Shown: piece after piece, positions 1-16,560 of the stretch | How the letters are laid out: each line of letters starts with the position of its first letter | Position numbering within the stretch: the stretch's first letter is position 1 | Assembly: GCF_009914755.1 (NCBI RefSeq) | Contig: NC_060940.1 | Direction: 5' to 3' (one strand) | Length of the DNA: 64,000 bases | DNA from: the human T2T-CHM13v2.0 reference genome, Homo sapiens | Translations under genes and position numbers: made by a program | The notes under the pieces: generated by a model | Seen by the model: the letters and a program-made list of their open reading frames with translations, nothing else | Database searches by the model: none | What the model was told of the DNA's origin: nothing

Positions 1-589
1 AAATGGAGTGTATCAAGGGCAGCTGTCACCTGCACTGCAGTGGCCTCCTTGTGTACCAGCTCCCTGGAAGATGAGTCAGATTCTAAGGTAGCACAGAAAA
101 TTCACAGGTGTGAGTCAAGCCTGCTCCAGGACTGGTTAAAACCAACCAAAGGGAATGATTTGGTGGCTCCAAAAGTGAATCGCAGATTGTGTAACATCAA
201 AAGGTTGAAAACCCCAAAATGCAACAACATAAGGCAGAAAGGCTCCAACTCTCTACCTCCTATGGATGATTAGAAAAAAAACATGAATTGCATTTTGGCT
301 TTACATGTGTAAGAGGAAAAAAAATCAGGATTTGAAAGATGGATAAGAGAAAGTAATGATATAAGAAAATATTATAGGCAACAACAACAACAAAAGCATA
401 TTCAAAGTCCCAAATGCATGAAGGAACCCAGTATATACATTCATGGAGTTGCAAATCACTTGCATGGTGGGCTACAGGGTGTATAAGAGGGAAGAAAGGA
501 GGTTAAAACCAAGGACAGTTAACTAGATGCTAACACTTTCCTTAAGCATGACAGAAGCCCATAGAATCCCAGCCGACTCCATCTCCATA

Positions 590-722
590 TACACACTAAG
601 ATCTAAGTTTCTTGAGTACAGAAAATATTTTTTCTCTTGTTTATGATGGACTCCAAGCATCAAGGATAGGGCCTGGTACACAGTAGGCACTTAATAACTA
701 TTTGTTGAATAAAAAAATGAAT
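590..722 (+). mobile_element. L2 3' end fragment
   Basis: gcctggtacacagtaggcacttaataactatttgttgaataa resembles the L2 3' terminus. Confidence 0.65.
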
Positions 723-851
723 AGACGAACCATGAAGTCAGGGCTCCGGTGGATCAACTGAAGGATCAATACAAGAGGTGATCAATAAGCAATGGATATT
801 GTTATTATAATTGGTATTCATGTCAGGGGGTTAAATATGAAAGCTCAGTGA

Positions 852-1197
<346 letters not shown>

Positions 1198-1209
1198 CGG
1201 ATTTAGGTT

Positions 1210-1968
<759 letters not shown>

Positions 1969-1973
<5 letters not shown>

Positions 1974-2265
1974 TGGAGTCTCGTTCTCTCGCCCAGGCTG
2001 GAGTGCAGTAGCTCAATCTTGGCTCACCGGAACCTCCACCTCCCGGATTCAAGTGATTCTTGTGCCTCAGCCTCCCAAGCAGCTGGGACTACAGGTGCAC
2101 ACCACCATGCCCAGCTAATTTTTGTATTTTTAGTAGAGACGGGGTTTCACCATATTGGTCAGGCTGGTCTCGAACTCCTGACCTCAGGTGGTCCACCTGC
2201 CTTGGCCTCCCAAAGTGTTGGAATTACAAGTGTTAGAAAATAAAAAAGAGGGCTGGGCACAGTGG
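1969..2265 (-). mobile_element. Alu lacking its poly(A) tail, with its 5' head micro-inverted
   Basis: tgaggtggagtctcg...ggaattacaagtgttag is reverse Alu. The head ggctgggcacagtgg appears in the opposite orientation at 2251-2265. Confidence 0.92.
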
Positions 2266-2271
2266 CTAACA

Positions 2272-3955
2272 GTGTCTTTAGATGAGCAAAAGTTTTTAAT
2301 TTTGATGAAGTACAGTTTATTTACTGCTTAATGGTTTTTCATATTTGGTTTAAGAAATCTGAGGCTCACAGATCACAAAAATATTCTCCTACATTTTCTT
2401 CTAGATAGTTTTATCTTTCACATTTAAGCCTGTAATCTATTTCAGGTAATTATGTGTGCATGCATAATGTGAGCAATGGGTCAAGGTTTTTTTTTTCCAT
2501 GTAGATTGCCTGTTTATCCAATACCATTTATTAAAAAGATTTTCCTTTTCCCTGTTGTCATAATCATTGATCAAAAATCATTTGAATGTGCCTATGTGGA
2601 TCTATTTTCATTATTTCATCATTAAATAAGATATAAGCTTATTTAATATATATATTTTATGCACCGTAGTCTAACTTAGAATAAGACAGAAAAACTTAAA
2701 AATTGTCAAATAAAGCATCTCATGATATGCGTATGTGCATATAATATATATAAATCGATATATATATTATAGGTTTTTCATAGATACCCTTTATCAGATT
2801 GAGGAATTTACCATCTTTATCATAACTGGATATTGAATTTTGTCAAATGCTTTTTCCGCATCTATTGAAATGACCATATTTCCCCCTTTACTCTGTTAAT
2901 GTGGTAAATTAATTTAATTTTTAAATGTTAAACTAATCTTGCATTCCTCAGATAGCCCCCACTTATCCATGATGTATTATCCTTTTTAAAATATATTATT
3001 ACATTATGATTAGTAACATATTGAAAAACTTTGTATAGAGTGCTGTTATTTCTTTTAAATGTTTGTTATAGATAGACGAAGCCATCTAGGCCAGGAGTTT
3101 CTCTTTTGTCTTTTTAAAATGGGAAAGTTTTTAGGTATATTTTCAGTTTTTCAGCAAATATGAGCTATTCAGATCGTCAATACCTACATCTCAGTTGTAG
3201 AAAATTGTGTTTCTTCAGAATTTGCCCATTTTATCTATATCGTTGAATTTGTTGTCATAAATTTTTCATAATATTCTTTTTATCTTTTAATGCCTGTAGG
3301 ATCTGTAGTGTCTGTAAGTGATAGTCCCTCTTGCATTTTTAATATTGGCTTATTTGTGTTTTCTTTCTTTTGTGTGATCATTATTGCTAGCGACTGTGAA
3401 TTTTATTAGTCATTTCAAAGAACTAGCTTTTGGCTTTGTTGATTTTTTTCTATGGCTTGTGTTCCACCTTGTTGATTTTTACTTGTGTATTTATGATTTT
3501 TTTCTTCTACTTCATTTGTTCACTTTGCTCTTTTCTAACTTCTAAATTTATAAGCTTAAATCATTGACACTGAATTCACACTTTCCTTTTTTATTATAAG
3601 CAGTTAAAGCTATGAATTTCTTAGTGTGCCTTCAATCTTATTCCTCAAATTTTGATATTTTGTGTTTTCATTATCATTCTGACTAAAGTATTTTCTAATG
3701 TCTTTCTGATTTCTTCTTTGACCTATAGGTTTAGAAGTGTGTTGCCATTTCCAAATATTTGGAGATTTTCTAGATATATTTTTGTTACTAATTTTTATTT
3801 TAATGCTGTTATGATCAAAGAATGCACCCTCCATTATTTCAATTCTTCTAAACACATTGAGACTTTTGTTTTATGCTCCAGAATGTAGTCTACTTTGGTG
3901 GATTTCCCATGTGCACTCGAAAGGCTGTGCATTTTATAGTTGCTGGGTGTAGGAT
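2272..3955 (-). mobile_element. Old L1M ORF2 fragments (degenerate)
   Basis: T-rich antisense L1 sequence. ORF 3610-3855(-) contains RIEI...FFDHNSIKIKI...SPNIWK, similar to the end of the L1 ORF2 endonuclease domain. Confidence 0.85.
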
Positions 3956-4834
3956 GCAAAACTTTCCTAAGCTTCCTCCTCACTGTTCTTTTCTAGGAAT
4001 CTGTCATTGTCTCCCCAGAGTCAATGCTTCTGTTTGTATAGTATTTCCCCCTGATTTCAGTCAATTACATTATGTCTCCCACAGCACATCCTATATCTTC
4101 CTTCCCTCTAGGGTCACTCAGGCCTCCATTTGATGTACTAAGTGAAGATAAATTTCAAGATGCTAAAGTAGTTCAGAGGTCATGCATTGCTTGTCAAAAA
4201 ACATAACAAAAAAATAAGATAACAACGTAACAACAAAGGCTTTCTGATCCCTTTTATTCTACTCTTTATACGAAATTGTAGCGACTAACTTAAGCATTTA
4301 ATTATGGAGGAGGAGGGAGGGCAACTGAACCAGATATTGTCATTGTATGTATGAGATCATCTGTAAATTCCCTGTGACATCTCTCCTCTCTGACCCAGGT
4401 CATGACATGTATGGTACATAAGATGATGATTTTTTTCTTTGCAAACGATTTTTTGTATTTTCAATAGCTAATATACATGTAGTTGAAAATATGCTTTATA
4501 AGAAAAATAACCTCCCTCTCTAACTCATGATTTACAGAAGTGATACATTTAAGTTTTTAAAATTAGTTTATTTAAAGCAAAAGACTGAGTACATGAAAAT
4601 ACAGAGGGTTCGTTCATATGGCAATGACTATGGTACACAATTAGGAAGTTTAGGCAAACTTCTATGATCATTGCTACATAGTCAACACTTATTAGTGTAA
4701 TGCTGCAACCCAGACTTCACTGTCTTTAAATTATCCTTAGTTCAGACCTTTCCTACTGGGATTTGAGAACAGACATACAGCGCACCACACAATTACCACA
4801 GTTCACCCAGAGAAAGCATTCCAATTGCACCTTA

Positions 4835-5152
<318 letters not shown>

Positions 5153-5479
5153 TTAGAGCAATCGAACAAATAAGTGGATGCCACCATTAATGGAATACTG
5201 AAAAATTATAAACTTACAATGCTATATTCATCACAAGAAGCCTCTCTGCAGAAGTATTAATAACCATGCAACCATTGCTAGTTGACCATGCTTTAGTAAT
5301 TGACTGTAATTAACACGTGGAATGTAAGCTTTTTGTCCTGCCAGATTCATAGACCTATATTCAAATGATCTTCTTACAGGAAGATCTGAAAACACATTCT
5401 ATTATACTCTAACAAACTTCCCTGAAGGAAGCTGCTTGCTCATAAACCACATGGCATTCAATGTTGAAAAAATGACATT

Positions 5480-6580
<1,101 letters not shown>

Positions 6581-7458
6581 AACATGTATAAACTTAATTT
6601 TTGGTCTAGGTGTTTTCATTGCAGGTAACATCTATCTGCCTTACAACATTTATACCCTCATCACTCCTCAAAGCCACCTTGGCCTGTACTCAGGCTGAAC
6701 TCAGAGAGCCAAGGCAGACTTCATCTCCCAGATTTCGGGTGAGAGGTTCCCCAAGGGATCCGCTCTCCTTGCAGCTTGAGAAAAATGTGATGTCGTTAAA
6801 GACATCTGAGACAACATGGTGGTGGCCACTCAGCAGACACAAGATACATCCAATATGGTGGATTGAAGCATTCAAAGACTTCCCCAGAAAGATACTGTGT
6901 CACTTGCTTCATATTCCATTAACATCCAGAGATGCTAAAAAGTGAAAAAAAAAAAAAAAAAGAAGAAGAAGAAGAAGAGAACTAGGCTACAAGAAATTTT
7001 AAGAAGAGACACTGGCCTAATGGGTCACATGTACATCCCTGGACCAGCATGGTGCAGAAGCGACTGATGGGGGTGTTGTGTGGGGGAGAATCTGGTTTCC
7101 AAGGACAAAGTGAAGAAATTGGGGAAAAGGAAAAGAGCAAATATTGTGTATTTATTCAACAGACCATTCGGGTCATTGAAAATCATGTTTTTGAAGACAA
7201 ATTAATGATGCAGAGAAAATGCTTACTATTTAATGTTAAAGAAGCAGAAAAGAGGATAAAAACAGGGCTTGTCTATGTCTAAAAGGGTTATGGGTATTTT
7301 TCATTTTTTTGTGTGTGTATCTTTGTATTCTTCAAGTTCTCTGCAATCAAATACTTTAACAAACAGAAAACTAAAACACTGCTATTCTAGAAGGAACAAA
7401 GGATAATCACTATTCTATCTGGTTTATTTGGGGTATCTCTTATCACTTCCTAGAAAGG

Positions 7459-7777
7459 TTTTTTGTTTTTTGTTTTTATTTTTGTTATTTTTTTTAAGAC
7501 GGAGTCTCACTCTGTAGCCCAGGCTGTAGTGCATTGGCACAATCTTGGCTCACTGCAACCTCCGCCTCCCAGGTTCAAATGATTCTCCTGCCTCAGCCTT
7601 CCAAGTAGCTAGGGTTACAGGTGCCCACCACTATGCCCAGCTAATTTTTGTATTTTTAGTAGATACAGGGTTTTGCCATGTTGACCAGGCTGGTCCCGAA
7701 CTCCTGACCTCAGGTGATCCGCCTGCCTCTGGCTCCCAAAGTGCTGGGATTACAGGCATGAGCCACCACACCTGCCG
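7459..7777 (-). mobile_element. Alu (AluSx-like)
   Basis: Reverse dimer with T-rich tail. Confidence 0.95.
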
Positions 7778-7809
7778 GAAGGATATTTTCTTGATTTAAC
7801 AACTAATTA

Positions 7810-8370
7810 CTCTATTTATTATAGAGACGACGGTCAAAGAAAGCATATTTACTGTATGCCTGGTATATAGGTCAGGGCTTATAGTAAGTCTTATAGATAC
7901 AGAAATAAAAAACACAGTGTTTGTCTTCTTTCTTACCCACATTCTTATAATTCAATGGCATAGACACATAAACAATGACAGTACCTATAATGCCACTTAT
8001 TCACTGATGGAGAGTAAATGTAAGAAGGTGAGACAACACAGACAAAAGGGTCCCTAACTCAACCTGGGGAATCTGGGGAGGGCTTCCCAGGGAATCTTAA
8101 TGGGTGAAGGGGTTGAGGCAGGAGAAAGCATTCTGGGCAGAGGCATCATCTTAAGTAAAGAGTCAGCAAAGGTAGTAACACACGCTAGAGGAAGTAGGAA
8201 ACGGCTTAGTAAGGCAGATGGTTATGTTATGTGCAGTGGGATGAGTCTGCAGAGGATCCCTGAAGCCAGATCATAATGGACACACTGAAGGGTTTGGATT
8301 TGTTCAGAAGGTCATGGTGAGCCAGGAAAGATTTTAAGTAGAGGAGTGATATACTCAGATTTGCAGCCAA
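7810..8370 (-). mobile_element. L2 fragment
   Basis: Antisense L2 motifs (atttactgtatgcctgg...gaaagcattctgggcagagg...gattttaagtagaggagtgat). Confidence 0.6.
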
Positions 8371-8819
8371 TAGGGGCAGAAGTGAAAATGCTTCTCTGCA
8401 CTTGAGGGGACTTGAACATTTTTGTTCACGGCTTAAAAACCATTCATTATCTAGACAATTGAAACTTTTTTTTCTCTCTTCCTTCTCCCCTTTGATGTTT
8501 CCTGGCTGGAGTTTGATGAACTAAATGAACATGGTCCAGATACACACAGCTAGGTGTGCTCCACCTCACACCTCTTATTGAGACTCTAAAGAAGATATTT
8601 GCATGGACTGTTTAGTGGAGAACTGGAGTCAAATTCCTCATTATTAGCAGGACTTCAAAGTAACTAATTGAGCCTAAGTTAAGCTGTTTTTATTTTTTAA
8701 GCTGACATTTTGGTTCCATTTCCCAGGGTTATTTTTAGCCCCGTCACATTGTCTGGCATACTGTGGGGGCTCAGTTAATGTTTGGCAAGTATGTTGACAG
8801 ATCATCACCAAAGGGAAAT

Positions 8820-9025
8820 CCACCCATCCATACATTCATCCATCTATATATCTACCCTTCCAAACATCTGTCAATGCAGTCATTCATCTATCCATCAATC
8901 CATCAATACATTTACCTGTCCATTCATCCATCTATCAATACATTCATCAATCCATTAATCCATCCATCCATCCATCTATCCGTCAATACATTCATTAATA
9001 CGTTCATCCATTCTTCCATCCATTA
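8820..9025. repeat. Degenerate (CCAT)n / (CATT)n simple repeat
   Basis: Repeated ccatccat, cattcatc and atcaata units at an L2 tail. Confidence 0.85.
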
Positions 9026-9720
9026 GGCATGTTTGAGCATCTCCTATGTATCACACCCTGTACCAGAACTATGCCATGAAAATGATACAAAAATGACCAA
9101 AAATACTTAATTTTTCAAGGTTGGGGAGAGGGACACACAAAATAACTATAACGAAGAACAATAAGTGTAAAAATAGAGATATGGACTAAGTTGTTGGAAA
9201 GCATAAGAGAAGCAGTGGCTAATTCTATGGTGATTCCATGACTGGAAAAAGGAAACAAAGTTAAAGGGATTTGGGTTGTGCTGAGAAGGAAGAGGAAGGA
9301 AAAGTTGAGCAGCTCTTGCTCATGCACATGGAGAAAATGCAAAGTCCAAGGCAGAAAACCCTGAAACATCATGATGTGTTCAATGAGCTGCCGTCAGTTC
9401 ACAATAAGTTGGGGGCAAGTGGGAAAGTAACTTGGGAGAGGACGCTAGAGACAGACGCAGGAGTCAGATAAGCAAGTACTATATAGACTGAGTTTAGACT
9501 TCATCTTGTGTTTATTTGGAATGGAGGCTTGAAATGCAAGTTTGTAAGAGGCAGATGGGCAAACAGATGAGGCTTTGTAGTAACGCAAGCAAGGAATAGA
9601 GACGACGGTCAAAGAAAGCAACAGGTGGAATGAAGAGATTGGACAGATAGGCAGGCAACTGCAATGGAATTTCAGTACAAAAACTACCGACAAAGACCAC
9701 CAATGGCCTTTACCTCAGCT
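9025..9720 (-). mobile_element. L2 fragment
   Basis: tttgagcatctcctatgtatc...gaggctttgtagtaac...gattggacagatag match antisense L2. Confidence 0.6.
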
Positions 9721-10046
9721 AGCGAAAATAAGTTACCAGTCACTCTGTACCTGCTGCCCTAAGTTGATAATTAGGGTGGCCAACTCACTGAGGTGTTTCT
9801 TATTGAGTACAATGAGATCTTAAGCCAGGTTTCAATTATCCAACACTTTGGGGTGAATGTAGTTCAGGTTGAGTCTACCTAGCGCCCCAAATGTGGGAAA
9901 ACTGAAAAATTTAGTAAATTATCAAGAAATTTGGAAATATCCAGTTTGTTATCTGTTTGGAAATGCTGGATCAGGGAACAAATGTTTTGGTTTCGATAAA
10001 GACACTTGCTCCTGGGGAGAGCCATTCACAAGGTTGCGTAACATGA

Positions 10047-10359
<313 letters not shown>

Positions 10360-11484
10360 AAAACAGTGATTGTTTTAATCAAGAAGGTAGCATACGCAGT
10401 TGAGCACCTTTCTTTGGATTTACTTAAAATCTCCTTCTTTAATTTCCCATCTCCATGTTCTCCACTTGTTCCCTTTTCTTCCATTTGGTAGTAAAATCAG
10501 ATGGAATTAGCAGAGTGATTACTGAGACGCAAACACTGTTCTTCAGATTATATGAAAATAACTATGCAGAAATCCTCATGCTTCAGATTTTTCTGTGTTC
10601 CTCTAAGATTCAATATTCTGGGTGAATGACTCCATATACTCAATGTTAATATTGTCTTTTTCTATTAAAAGTCTTCAGTCCCTTGGGAGGGGGGAAAAAA
10701 AAACCTCTAACAGAAATTTCTGCTGAACAGTAATTTCATTATGAAGTTGGCAGGGAGCAAGTACCTATTACCTTCAATTCCCCCACCCAATTTCTAGGAA
10801 GGACAATCCATATTTCCATGGGCTTTCTTCCCATTTAAACTTGCTCCAGAGCAGAGTTCTTTACCTAGGGAAATACCATTTTACACCACATTGATCAGTT
10901 CCCATTAACACCTGCTGGGCACTTGTATTAAACAGTAAAATCTTGTCATTGTTTTGCTTATCTCTACAAAATTGATCATAAAGCTTTAGTGGTCAGATAA
11001 AATGTCAGAAATTCTGACTGCTTCTAAGCCTCAAATTACAGCTTCAATATCTCCATCAGGAGCAATAAGTACACAGAAGCATGCTGGCAAATAGAGAAGG
11101 GGAAGACTCTAGTGATTTGCCAAGACGACTTCTGTGTTGTCATCCACTGGTGGTAAAGTGCTAAGTTGTTTTTTATTGCCAGTGACAGTCACAACACTAA
11201 ATACATATATATTTACATATTTTATATATATAAAAAAATACATAAAATACGTACATATATATACACATTTCCTCTGGTATTTACAGTATTAAGTGTATGA
11301 AGCTGAAGTCCAGGTTAAATAAACATTCCTCTTCCCCTTGTGTTTTGTGCTCTATGAATGGTGATGCATGGTGATCAGAGATAACATTGAAAAATAGGTA
11401 GACAATATTTCCTATATTTCCTATATTATGATTGAATATAAACGGGGCCAGAATTGTCCAATTCTCACTAGGCCTGCTATCACG

Positions 11485-11790
11485 TTAGATAGCCAGCCAC
11501 CAACCACGTGTAGCTATTGAGCATTTGAAATGTGGTTAGTCTGAATTGAAATGTGCCATCCATGTAAAAATACACACAGAATTTTGAAGACTTCGTATTT
11601 TTCAAAAGAGTAAAAGGTCTCATAAATAATTTTAGGTTGATTTCATGTTGGAGTAGTTTAGGCATGTTGGGTTAAATAAAATATATTATTAAAATTAATT
11701 TTATCTGCTTCTCTTCACTTTTTTAATGGGCTACCAGAAAATTTAAGTTACATGTGACTTGCATTATATTTCTAATGAACAGCTGTTCTA
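11485..11790. mobile_element. MER33-like hAT-Charlie element
   Basis: gccaccaaccacgtgtagctattgagcatttgaaatgtgg...ttgcattatatttctaatgaacagc. Confidence 0.75.
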
Positions 11791-12098
11791 GACTCTCTTT
11801 GTGCTTTTGCTTTTGTTTTTAACTGGTAGACTGTAATCATGGAAGCAGGGACCTCATCTGCCTTGCTTAGTATTATATTTCTAGTGCTAAACAGGGTGTG
11901 CGCCACAGAGCTGGTGCTGAACATGTGCAGAATGAATAAAAGAATAACTTGCTGCTTCTATGTTGTTGAGGTTTCATGACATCGAGGAAAGAGAATAGGC
12001 TTTACAGTGAGACAGTACCTGGCACCTTGGGCAGCGTATTTAAAATCTACTGAGCCTCCATTTCCTTTTTTTTTTTTTTTTTTTTTTGCAAAAATGGA

Positions 12099-12150
12099 TT
12101 AAGTTAAACCATACAGACTAGCCATGACAGTTTCATATGGTTTAACCTAA
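12099..12150. mobile_element. MADE2-like mariner MITE, internally deleted, inserted in a MIR (about 12000-12210)
   Basis: ttaagttaaaccata...tatggtttaacctaa has a perfect 11-bp inverted repeat (12103-12113 / 12136-12146) resembling the MADE2 TIR ttaggttgaaccatatgaaattgcc. Confidence 0.7.
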
Positions 12151-13158
12151 CTTCATAGTTCGCATAAAATGCCTAGCACAGTGCCTGGTATACAGCTATT
12201 AATAAATAGTAGTTAACATTGATGCAAATTTTCCATGCAGTTTTCACTCTTTTTCCACCCTGTCATATTTTCTAACACCCTACTACAAATGCAATGCTTT
12301 TTAAAGCCATGCTTCCCCTTGCCATTTAGTATACTCATTTCCAGAGTCCCTCTGTCCTTGTGTGAACAGCCAACCATAATGGGCTGCATAAGCTTCTTTA
12401 ACTATGACTTAAAATATCTCATTCCTCCAGATTTCTATTTTATCTCTTTCGTCTTATAGTCATAAGTCTCCTTTAACTTCCAAAATCTAATTATTTGAGA
12501 TGTTCTCTAGACATATTTATTATTCACTATTTCCCCCTTAGACTTTAATTCTCTTACTGTTTCACAAATGCCACCATAACCCATTTAGTGTTTCTCAATT
12601 TTCGGTTAATTTTCCATCTACTTTGCCATTTCTGAAGTTCCCAGGGACGTTTCCTGGATCACAGTGTCCCTTAAATGCCTCCTTGAACTGCTTGGGTGTC
12701 ACAGTTTCTTCGTTTGTCATTTAATTTACATGTTTTTGAAAACACAGTCAGTTTTCTTTAACCTCTTTTCAATTCTCAAGATACTTTCATTTTCACAGAG
12801 TGTTTTTTTTTTGTTTTTTTTTTTTCTCTTACAAGCATTCTCCTGGTGTTTGCAAATCCCTTCAACTTTGATGTCTATCTTAGTGCTTTCTCATCTTCCA
12901 TTAACTATTCCCTCATGGGCGCAAATGAATCCTCATCCCTCTTTAGTACAACTTCACTCTACTTTTGCCAGTTTTCAATTCCCAACTCATCCACCTCCTC
13001 CTTCTCTTCTTCCTCTGAATATCCTTGCGCTGTCTTTTGACGGCAGCACCTTCCTCTTTGCCCTGGTGCTCAATTTCATATACAGTACTCATTGGTGGTT
13101 TCCTGTTCCCCGTGAACAATTAAAAAGTCTTAACAGCAGAGCCAGAACTTAAACATCA

Positions 13159-13478
<320 letters not shown>

Positions 13479-13879
13479 GTCAAGACAGAAAAATAATAAC
13501 TCCAACACAGAGATACTCTAAAATGGGCTCAGAAACCACAACATAAAGAAACAGAAAGAAGAAAAGGATTTTTATAAGGAGAAAAGTATTGTTTATTCTT
13601 TCAACACAAATTCTATTGTGGTCAATTAAAAAAATAATGTTAGTTGTCTTGGCTGAGCAATACTGAATTTTAAAGATTTTAGGACACAAAATAGAAATCT
13701 TCTTAAGGGCAGGGGTCTTTGTTCTGATCACTGCAACTCTAAAACACCTAGAAGAGGGTGTGTCCTGACTTTTAAGCCAGAGCTTAAAAGTAACTGTGGA
13801 ATAAATGAAAAAATGAATGAGCAGGCATAGGTCTCTAGGATCCTGCACACTAAATATTTGATTCCAGTACAACAACTGC

Positions 13880-14130
13880 CAAGAGGCAATATTGCAAGAA
13901 TTGGATAGCCTGAGTTAGAATTCAATTTTGTGGCTTTCAACCTCAGGTAAGTATCCTCAGTTCTCAGAGTATTTGTTTCCTTTTCTGTAAAAGTGAGGTC
14001 ATAACAGCCATGTCACTGGGTAATTATAGGGATCACACTAAATGACGTCTAATGAGATACACAACGTGATAAAGGCCAGCAGAGTGCTTGGCACATTATG
14101 GGTGTCTGCTAAACTATGGTAGGGGTAGCA
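13880..14130 (+). mobile_element. MIR
   Basis: Core gtttccttttctgtaaaagtgaggtcataac...gtgcttggcacat. Confidence 0.65.
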
Positions 14131-15430
14131 GTAGTTGTCATGGTTTTATATAATTGTCTTTCTTCCTCCTAAAATTTGGGGTCAAAAGCTTTCTTTTAAA
14201 TGCTGGAGAATCATTTTGGCTACTAATTCCAGTCCCCGAAGGGAGGCAATGAGAGCTCGTCTAGGCCCTACCCCAAGGAGAGAGGAGGAGCTCATTTGAT
14301 TGTTCAGAGCTCACAGCACCCCCTGGACTGGGCTTACTGGTAGATGAAGCTTCTATGGTGCAAAGCCTGTAATCCATGTGCCACCCTGGGCATCCAACTC
14401 TATTCAGGGAGCACACCTGAGTCAAGGGTGACTCCTTAAGGAGAGGACCCTATATGCTGTCTTTTGTAATACAACCGCTATGTCTAAAACTTGAGGTAGG
14501 TTAGGACAAAGCTTTTTTCTGTAAATATGACTCTCCTCCTCCCAACTCCACAGAGCATACCTGAAACTTTGACCCAACTGGCCAAAGATTTCAACTAGAA
14601 GCAGGGTGTATAGAGTAGGGTCTAAGATGCATGTCCTAATTCTACTTTATTGGGAGTTATTGGAATTCTGAATGACCATTAATAAAGTGGTTCTTCGAAT
14701 CTCAGGCTGCTCTTGGAACCTGGGGTGAGGAATCTGGAAATGCTGGGTAGTATTTATAACACTGTTAAAATAGCACCAAATGCGTCACCATTAACCTCTC
14801 ATGACTAAGGATCACCTAACCACTTTGAACCAGCTGGCACAAGAGCCAGTGGAACCAGCTCACATAATGAGCTTCTAATCCAAATGAGCAGAAAAAAATG
14901 TATGTAACGTGGCGTGCATTTCCAAGTTCACTCAATCACCTGTGCCTATGCTGCCAAATTATTCAAGATCTCCAAGTGGCAGATGTGCGTGCATGTTGCT
15001 CTTCCAACCAAAAACTATAGAATGAGATGATATGGATCAATTGACATTCAATTCAAGGTGCGATTTTTATTTCAGAATTTCTGGATATTCACATACTGGA
15101 ATATAGAATTCATAAAAGCAGGGATTTTGCCTGGTTTTTCCTTCTGCTGCTTTTTCTCCCTTGAAGAACCTAGAATACTACCTGGTATAAAGTAGATGCT
15201 CAATGCAAATTTGTGGAATGAACAAAAGTCTCAACTCTCTGTCTTTTTGTTTTCTTTCGTTTTTCCTTTTGATGATGAGCCCTACTTTGTCTCTCTGTCC
15301 AGTGGGTGTCTACCTGCTTTCTGTGAATTACAACTAGACATCCAGTGAGGTAACTCAAAGGCAGAGAGGAAAGGTCGGGGGTGATATGCCAATGGGACTC
15401 TAACATTCCTAACTCCACTTACATCGTTAA

Positions 15431-15796
<366 letters not shown>

Positions 15797-16099
15797 TAAA
15801 CAAATAAACTAGAAGACAATTAAGATATTTGCTCATCCATGCTGCTACAAAAGAACTCTGGTCTTCAAATCAGGAGACCTAGAATCTTGTCCTGTCTCCC
15901 TGAATATGTGAGTAAGAGCGATCACTTAAGGATAAGGGACTAAAATGTATTTAGCCTCTAATATATGTTGAATGGTGTGCCAGATACTTTCCATATGTTA
16001 CCTGAATTCTCACCCAAAGAACTAAGTGCAGATTTTCTCATTTTACAGAGAGAAAACAGAGGTGGGTTTTATAATGGTGTGAAAAGCTATACGGGTCAA

Positions 16100-16560
16100 G
16101 AGACTTCTGGTTGTTCATCAATATCCTCTTTTCTTCTGCCTTAGTAACAGAAATTCTATTTTTAGAGGGGCACAGAACCTCCAATAATAAAGCTTACATT
16201 TCTAGCTTCCCTAGTAGCTAGGCATGACCCTATGACAATTTTCTGGATAATAGGAAGACAGAAGGTATGATATGCATAACTTATAGGAAGTACTGTAAAA
16301 GAAGGAGGTGAGCCCGTCTTTGTTCCTTCCTCCTTCCTTCTAGTTGCAATGCAGATATGATGGCTGGAGCAGTAGCAGCCATCTTGAATTATGATGTGGA
16401 AGCCACTGGCTGAGGGTGGCAGAGCCACAGGGTAGAAGGAGCCTGGGTCCCGGACACTGTGGAATACCACACCAGCCCTAGACAACCTTTGCACAAGAAA
16501 GAATTCAATGCCTATCTTCTTTAAGCTACTTTTATGTTTTAGAATTTCTGCCATTTAAAA
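16100..16560 (+). mobile_element. MLT1-family (ERVL-MaLR) LTR
   Basis: cttccctagtagctaggcatgacc...gatggctggagcagtagcagccatcttg...gaaggagcctgggtccc...tttaagctact. Confidence 0.7.

Noticed and set aside
3610-3855. Endonuclease-like ORF fragments (also 37152-37334)
   Set aside because: They are degenerate L1 ORF2 remnants with stops and frameshifts, not an active element.
11900-11922. REST/RE1 site (TTCAGCACC half-site; similar at about 58718)
   Set aside because: Only the left half matches, with no GGACAG right half, and it lies in an L2-like tail.
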